DNA of 24,902 bases from Solirubrobacterales bacterium (GTDB taxonomy: Bacteria; Actinomycetota; Thermoleophilia; Solirubrobacterales; 70-9): positions 1 through 24,902 of the forward strand of contig JBKJZF010000132.1 in the NCBI GenBank assembly GCA_046715315.1, given 5' to 3'. The notes under the pieces were generated by a model. That model had not been told where the DNA came from and ran no database searches. It saw only the letters and a program-made list of their open reading frames with translations. Below are positions 19,409 to 24,902 of the stretch, piece by piece. Numbering within the stretch: the stretch's first letter is position 1; each line of letters opens with the position of its first letter. The translations under genes were made by a program, and so were the position numbers.

Positions 19409-19430
19409 ATCCTAAGCGAGTAGTTAGTGT
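19409..19430. promoter_or_regulatory. Divergent -10 candidates for gnd (TAGGAT, minus, 19414-19409) and zwf (TAGTGT, plus, 19425-19430)
   Basis: Two TAnnnT hexamers in the AT-enriched 64-bp gnd/zwf spacer. Confidence 0.5.
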
Positions 19431-19440
19431 CCGGCGATCC

Positions 19441-20853
19441 ATGGCCGAGCCGACGCCGTCCCCCCCGCCGCCGCACTCGGAACCCGCCGACGCCCTGGTC
19501 GTCTTCGGCATCAGCGGCGACCTCGCCCGGAAGATGACGTTCCGGGCCCTCTACAGGCTGGAGCGCCGCGGCCGGCTGAGCTGCCCGATCATCGGCGTCG
19601 CGATCGACGACTGGGACGACGAGGCGCTGCGCGCCCACACCCGCGAGGCGATCGCGGCGAGCGTCGACGAGCCCGACACGGAGGCCCTCGAGCGCCTCGC
19701 CGGGCGGATGACCTATCTCCAGGGCGACTACGCCGAGCCCGAGACCTTCCAGCGGCTGGCCGCGGCGCTCGCCGGAGCGCAGCACCCGGCCTTCTACCTC
19801 GAGGTCCCGCCCTCGCTGTTCGCCGGCGTCGTCGGCAGCCTCGGCGAGGCCGGGCTGGCCGGCGGCGCCCGGGTGGTGATCGAGAAGCCCTTCGGACACG
19901 ACCTCGCCTCCGCCAAGGCGCTCAACCGCGAGCTGCTCGAGGTCGTGGACGAGTCGCAGATCCTGCGGATCGACCATTTCCTCGGCAAGGAGCCGGTGAT
20001 GGACATCACCTATCTGCGCTTCGCCAACAGCCTGCTGGAGCCGGTCTGGAACCGCCAGCACATCTCACACGTGCAGATCACGATGGCCGAGGACTTCGGG
20101 GTCGAGAGCAGGGGGCGCTTCTACGACCCGGTGGGCACGCTGCGCGACGTCGTCCAGAACCACCTCCTGCAGCTCCTCGCCCTGGTGGCGATGGAGCCCC
20201 CGGCAGGCACCGAGGAGGACTCGATCCGAGACCGCAAGCTCGACCTCTTGAAGGCGATCCCCGCAGCCGACCCGGCGAAGCACGTCCGGGGGCAGTACGA
20301 GGGGTACCTCGACGTCGACGGCGTCGCCGCGGGCTCGACCACGGAGACCTACGTGGCGCTCGAGCTGGAGATCGAGAACTGGCGCTGGGCGGGCGTGCCG
20401 TTCTTCATCCGCGCCGGCAAGGCCCTGCCGACCCGCGAGACCGAGGTCAACGTCGTCTTCCGGCGCCCGCCGCGGCTGGGGGTCGGCCCGCGCTCGCGCC
20501 CGCATCCGAATCAGCTGATCATCCGCATCGACCCGCGGCCCGGAGCGCGGATCCGTTTCGTCGCCAAGAAGGCCGGCGAAGAGGCGTTCGAGCCGGCGGA
20601 CCTCGAGGTCCTGTTCGAGAAGACCCCGGGCTCCGAGCCCGAGCCCTACGAGCGACTGCTCGACGACGCGCTGCGCGGCGAGGTCCAGCTGTTCACCCGC
20701 GAGGACTCGGTCGAGCAGGCCTGGCGGATCGTGCAGCCGCTGCTCGACGAGCCCGGTCCCGTCGACCTCTACGCCCCCGGCAGCTGGGGCCCGAAGCGCG
20801 CCGACGAGCTGGTCCGCGGGGTCTGCGAGTGGTACGAGCCCTGGCTGCCGTGA
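19441..20853 (+). CDS. zwf: Glucose-6-phosphate 1-dehydrogenase, 470 aa
   Basis: [60 protein letters not shown]. Start at ATG 19441. No adjacent opcA. Confidence 0.97.
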   Translation: MAEPTPSPPPPHSEPADALVVFGISGDLARKMTFRALYRLERRGRLSCPIIGVAIDDWDDEALRAHTREAIAASVDEPDTEALERLAGRMTYLQGDYAEPETFQRLAAALAGAQHPAFYLEVPPSLFAGVVGSLGEAGLAGGARVVIEKPFGHDLASAKALNRELLEVVDESQILRIDHFLGKEPVMDITYLRFANSLLEPVWNRQHISHVQITMAEDFGVESRGRFYDPVGTLRDVVQNHLLQLLALVAMEPPAGTEEDSIRDRKLDLLKAIPAADPAKHVRGQYEGYLDVDGVAAGSTTETYVALELEIENWRWAGVPFFIRAGKALPTRETEVNVVFRRPPRLGVGPRSRPHPNQLIIRIDPRPGARIRFVAKKAGEEAFEPADLEVLFEKTPGSEPEPYERLLDDALRGEVQLFTREDSVEQAWRIVQPLLDEPGPVDLYAPGSWGPKRADELVRGVCEWYEPWLP

Positions 20854-21423
20854 TCCGCTACCGCCGGATGCCGATCGAGGTCGAGTCCCCCGAGGAGCTC
20901 GGCTACGACGCGATCGCCAACAACCTCTCGGAGAGCTCGTTCACAGACATGCGGCTGGCCGACTACGGGATCGACGGCGACGTCGCCGACCTGCTGCTCC
21001 AGTACGGCGACCACCGAGGCCTGCCGCGCCTGCGCGATCACGTCGCCGGCGACTCGGAGCGGCTCGGCGATCGACGAGGAGATGGCGGCCCGCGCGCTGG
21101 AGGCCCGGCCGCGGATCCTGCCGGCGATTCGCGACAAGGTCGCAGCCCATCTCGGGATCGTCCGCGATTGGATCGGCGCCCAGGAGACGTTCGAGTGGGT
21201 CGAGCCGAGCGCAGGCGTGGTCTGCATGCCGCGCTTCCGCGACACCTTCGAGGTCGACCTCGACCACTTCTACGACGACCTCCTGACCGAGCACGGCACC
21301 TACGTCGGCCCCGGCCACTGGTTCGACCAGGGCCGCCGCTCGTTCCGCCTCGGCTTCGCCTGGCCGCAGGCCGACGAGCTCCGCCGCGGGCTCGCGGGCC
21401 TGCTCGCCGCCGCCGGCGCCTAG
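20850..21423 (+). pseudogene. PLP-dependent aminotransferase (class I/II-like) with a large internal deletion and frameshift
   Basis: N-terminal ~73 codons (YRRMPIE.ESPE.LGY..I.NNLSESS...YGDHRGLPRLR) are fused out of frame to the C-terminal ~117 codons (GSAIDEE...WVEP.AGVVC.PR...GTYVGPGHWF...SFRLGF). The central PLP-binding region (NPTG, DE.Y, S.SK) is absent. GTG start is coupled to the zwf stop. Confidence 0.85.
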
Positions 21424-22904
21424 CGGGTCACCAGGCAGTCGCGCCCGCCGCGCTTGGCGGCGTATAGCGCGTCATCGGCTCGGGCGACCAGGGTCGCCGC
21501 ATCCTCCGTGCGGTCCCAGTCCACGAGCCCGCCCGAGACGCGCTGGCCCATCGGGGTCGCCGCGCGCAGGCGCTCGATCGTCTCGGATGCCTCCTCGAGG
21601 TCGGCGCCGGGCAGCGCCAGGGTGAACTCCTCGCCGCCGTAGCGGGCGAGGATGTCGGTCTCGCGCAGGAGCCCGAGCCAGCGGGCCGCCACCTCCTTGA
21701 GCACGCGGTCGCCGGCCTGATGGCCGAACTCGTCGTTGTAGTCCTTGAACCGATCGAGGTCGAGGACGGCCAGCGCCAGCGGCGCGCCGCTGCGCTCCGC
21801 GCGCGCCAGCTCGCGGACCAGGTGCTCGTCCCAGGCGCGCCGGTTGGCGAGGCCGGTGAGGTCGTCGGTACGGGCCACCCGCTCGAGCCTGGCGAGCATC
21901 GCCGCGCGCTCGATCGCGATCGCCGCCTCGGCGGCGAGCAGGCCGATCACCTGCCCCAGGTCCTCGCTTGCCCGCTCCCGGAATCGGGTCCAATAGACGG
22001 CCAAGACGCCGATCGGGACGCCATCGTGGACGACGGGGTGAAAGAGGGCCGAGCCCGCCTCGAACTCGCGCGGCGGCGGCGGCGCGGGATCATCGCGGCC
22101 CTGCGCCATGCCGGGCTCCCCCGAGTTGAACGCCCTGACCACGCCGACGGGGCTGGAGACGAACGGCACCGCCCGCCCCAGCAGGGCCAGGTCCGTAGCC
22201 GCGGTCGCCTTCAGGCCGGTGCCGTTGGCGACGGGCTCCCACAGGGCTGCGGCGCTGGCGTCGGCCACTCCAAGCGCGGCCTTGCAGACCACCAGCCCGG
22301 CCCCCTCGGAGCTGGTGTGGCGAGCGAGCTCGTGGGCGGTGTCCGAGACGGCGGCGAGCGAGCGAGCCCGGCTGTCGGCCTCGGCGGCCCGCTGGCGGAC
22401 CCGCCGGGCGAGGGCGTCGACGAGGACGCCGGCGATCGCGATCGTCCCGATCGTCATCACCCACCTTGCGATCGGGCTCGTCGGCGCGACCTGGGTCAGG
22501 ACCCAGCCGTAGGCAACCCCGATCAGCACCATGTGCGCCGCGCCCCACCGCCGGCCGAAGAAAAAGAACGCGTAGAGGCCGACCCACACGTACCAGAAGC
22601 TGTAGAAGCTGCCGCCGTCGCCGGAGAGGTAGACCGCGCGGGTCACGACCAGGGTGCCGATGGCGATGGCGACGTGCAGCGACCATGCCCGGAAGCGCCC
22701 GGCGAAGGCGACCAGCGGCATCGCCCCGATCGCGGCCAGGGCGACGTTGCTCCACAACCCGGCATGGTGGGCCACCGGCGGATGCGGCAGCAACAGGGTC
22801 AGTGCGCCGGTGCCCGCGCCGGCGAAATAGAGCGCGCCGAGCGTGAGCGCCATCGAGCGCTCGCTGTCGGCCGTCTGGCTCGAACTCTCCTCGGCGAAGG
22901 CCAT
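21420..22904 (-). CDS. Membrane-bound diguanylate cyclase: multi-TM sensor, GAF-like domain and GGDEF domain, 494 aa
   Basis: About 5-6 hydrophobic segments, GAF-like segment (...LFHPVVHDGVPIGVLAV...AAEAAIAIERA), DDLTGLANRR, DLDRFKDYND.FGH.AGD, I-site RETD, active site GGEEF. ATG 22904 follows the SD AAGGA. Confidence 0.93.
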   Translation of the reverse strand: MAFAEESSSQTADSERSMALTLGALYFAGAGTGALTLLLPHPPVAHHAGLWSNVALAAIGAMPLVAFAGRFRAWSLHVAIAIGTLVVTRAVYLSGDGGSFYSFWYVWVGLYAFFFFGRRWGAAHMVLIGVAYGWVLTQVAPTSPIARWVMTIGTIAIAGVLVDALARRVRQRAAEADSRARSLAAVSDTAHELARHTSSEGAGLVVCKAALGVADASAAALWEPVANGTGLKATAATDLALLGRAVPFVSSPVGVVRAFNSGEPGMAQGRDDPAPPPPREFEAGSALFHPVVHDGVPIGVLAVYWTRFRERASEDLGQVIGLLAAEAAIAIERAAMLARLERVARTDDLTGLANRRAWDEHLVRELARAERSGAPLALAVLDLDRFKDYNDEFGHQAGDRVLKEVAARWLGLLRETDILARYGGEEFTLALPGADLEEASETIERLRAATPMGQRVSGGLVDWDRTEDAATLVARADDALYAAKRGGRDCLVTR

Positions 22905-23058
22905 CAATCCTTCTTCGGCAGACGACGACGATCCCCACAGGGGTTTCTGCCCAAGGCCGACACGCGTCTGTCCGGGCCGGTCTCGCTTGAAAGCAGACGG
23001 CCGGGTTGGCAGGTTCGCTTGGGTGGTCGTGGGTGCGTGCCGATGAATAGGCGAAGCC

Positions 23059-24902
23059 ATGCGCGCCGCGACGCACATCAGGGAGATCCTGCGGGCTCCA
23101 GCTACCCAGGCGACGCTCTTCGGCCTCGTCTACTTCGGCTTCGCGCGAGGCGGGCTCACCTTCGCTACCCAGCCGGAGGGCATCACCGCGGTGTGGCCCG
23201 CCAGCGGCCTCTACCTCGGGATCCTCCTGGTCACCCCGCGACGCCGCTGGCCCGCCCTCGCGACGGCGACCTTCAGCGCGGATCTGGCGGCCAACCTGAT
23301 CGCCGACAATGGCCTCGCCAGCCTCGGCATCGCCGTCGCCGACACCTCCGAGGGCCTGCTGGGGGCGGTCCTGATCGGGCTCGCATGCGGCGGCACGCCG
23401 TTCACACTGTCGCGGCTCCGGCACATCATCGCCTTCGCGCTCGCCGGCGTGGGAGCCGCGAACGCGATCACGGCCGTGATCGGCGCGGCGACGGTGGCGC
23501 TGAGCTCGGGCGAGAGCTTCGGACACACCTGGCTGCTGTGGTGGACGGCCGACGGCATCGGCATGCTTGCCGTGGCCCCGCTGATCTGGGCGGCCTTCGC
23601 GACCAAGCTGGCGCTGCCGACGCGGGCCGAGCTCGGGGAGTTCTTGCTCGTGCTCGGCGGCCTCGTCCTTTCCGCGGTCCTCGTGTTCTCCTCGGAGGCG
23701 GTGGCCACCGGGGCGGCGGCGCTGCCACCGGCGGTGGTCACCCCGTTCCTGCCGTGGATGGCCTGGCGCTCGGGCCCGGCGGCCACCGCGGTCGGCTCGT
23801 TCGCCCTCTGCGCGATCGCGTCGCTGTTCACCGTCCACGGCATGGGACCGCTGGCGAGCGTCGGCCTGGACCAGGTCCAGCACCTGTTCTCCCTGCAGAT
23901 CTTCCTCGCTGTGTCGGTGTTGACCGCGATGGCGATCGGCGCGGCCGTCAGCGAGGGACGTGATGCGCAGGCCGCCCTGGCGGCGGCCGAGCGGGGCTTC
24001 CGCACCCTCGTCGAGCAGATACCCGCAGCCACCTACATCTGCGACTACGACGAGCAGGGGACATACCGCTACATCAGCCCGCAGGCGGAGGCGATGACCG
24101 GCTACCCGACCAGCCGCTGGTTCGACGACCCGGAGCATTGGATACGGATCCTGCACCCCGACGACCGCGACCACATCGTCGAGCTAATCGCGCACTGCGT
24201 GCGCGAGGAGATCCCCTTCGAGAGCGAGTACCGGCTGGTCCGGGCCGACGGCGAGGTGATCGTGGTCTGGGACCGCGAGACGGTCGTCCGCGACGAGGAC
24301 GACCGGCCGGCGAGCAGCCAGGGGGTGCTGGTCGATGTCACCGAGCTGCGTCACACCGAGCGGGCGCTGATCGAGTCCGAGGAGCTGCACCGCTCGGTGG
24401 TCGACGCCCTCGACGAGGGCGTCTTCGTGCTTGACTCCGACGGCATCGTCATCGCCGCGAACGCCAGCGGCGCGCGGGTGCTGGGCGTCGAGGCCAAGTC
24501 GCTGATCGGCTCGCCGCTGCCGTCCGAGCAGACGTTCCTCACCGACGGGACCCCGGTTGACGAGCACAACAGCCCCGCCATGAGGGCGCTGCGCTCGGGG
24601 GTGCGGGCGCGCGACGTGGAGCTGCGGATCGTTCGGCGGGTGGGCGACGACCGCTGGCTGCGAGTCAACTATCAGCCGCTCGAGGGGCAGGGCGACGGCG
24701 ACGGGCTCGTCTTCTCCTTCACCGACATCACCGAGTGGCGCCGGGACCAGGAGCAGATCGCCTACCTCGCCTACAACGACCCCCTCACCGGGCTGCCGAA
24801 CCGGACGGCGCTCGAACGAGCCCTCTCGCCGGCACTGGCCCGGGCACGGCGGGGCGGGCGGGCGGCCGCCCTCATCTACCTCGACCTCGACCACTTCAAG
24901 GT
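23059..24902 (+). CDS. MASE1-PAS-PAS-GGDEF signalling protein, truncated by the window end (absent from the ORF track because no stop is reached)
   Basis: Frame opened by ATG 23059 reads MASE1-like (AVWPASGLYLG...WWTADGIGML), PAS_3-like (YISPQ...TGY...LHPDDR...EYRL...DG), a second PAS (LDEGVFVLD..G...AN) and the GGDEF start (LAYNDPLTGLPNR...LIYLDLDHFK). The frame matches the window end. Confidence 0.92.
   Translation, partial: MRAATHIREILRAPATQATLFGLVYFGFARGGLTFATQPEGITAVWPASGLYLGILLVTPRRRWPALATATFSADLAANLIADNGLASLGIAVADTSEGLLGAVLIGLACGGTPFTLSRLRHIIAFALAGVGAANAITAVIGAATVALSSGESFGHTWLLWWTADGIGMLAVAPLIWAAFATKLALPTRAELGEFLLVLGGLVLSAVLVFSSEAVATGAAALPPAVVTPFLPWMAWRSGPAATAVGSFALCAIASLFTVHGMGPLASVGLDQVQHLFSLQIFLAVSVLTAMAIGAAVSEGRDAQAALAAAERGFRTLVEQIPAATYICDYDEQGTYRYISPQAEAMTGYPTSRWFDDPEHWIRILHPDDRDHIVELIAHCVREEIPFESEYRLVRADGEVIVVWDRETVVRDEDDRPASSQGVLVDVTELRHTERALIESEELHRSVVDALDEGVFVLDSDGIVIAANASGARVLGVEAKSLIGSPLPSEQTFLTDGTPVDEHNSPAMRALRSGVRARDVELRIVRRVGDDRWLRVNYQPLEGQGDGDGLVFSFTDITEWRRDQEQIAYLAYNDPLTGLPNRTALERALSPALARARRGGRAAALIYLDLDHFK

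Noticed and set aside
22925-22955. GGGCAGAAACCCCUGUGGGGA on the minus strand resembles the start of a c-di-GMP-I riboswitch (GGCAAACC...GGGACGCAAAGC)
   Set aside because: There is no GNRA-capped P2 and no downstream GACGCAAAGC/P3 segment. It is kept only as an unassigned structured spacer.

Overview
High-GC actinobacterial DNA. It most resembles Thermoleophilia/Solirubrobacterales, judged from the MpsC/DUF2294-like gene, the C-terminal beta-sandwich on the secreted hydrolase and the sigma factor type; this is inference, no search was run. Left part (62-8604): a secreted CocE/NonD (S15)-type hydrolase, a DEAD-box RNA helicase, an MpsC-like protein, a group-2-like sigma-70 factor, an LPG-synthase/flippase-like membrane protein, an FAD oxidoreductase, a DksA/TraR zinc finger and a small orphan. 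Middle (8615-20853): a compact ten-gene sugar-catabolism cluster in four transcription units, namely tkt-tal-pgi-HAD-GH15-ROK (-), rpiA (+), gnd-pgl (-) and zwf (+). Right part: a PLP aminotransferase destroyed by an internal deletion, then two divergent GGDEF proteins, the second running off the window. The most interesting signals are: (i) both pentose-phosphate dehydrogenases carry NAD+-type rather than NADP+-type cofactor fingerprints, suggesting an NADH-producing cyclic oxidative PPP fed by a GH15 glycosidase; (ii) the helicase, MpsC-like and sigma genes each have a structured translation-initiation region, including a two-state fourU-like anti-SD helix; (iii) rpiA and pgl lack canonical start codons where their conserved N-termini begin; (iv) the aminotransferase deletion junction is an 11-bp microhomology. 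No rRNA, tRNA, CRISPR array or mobile element was recognised. All RNA structures were found by eye, not computed.
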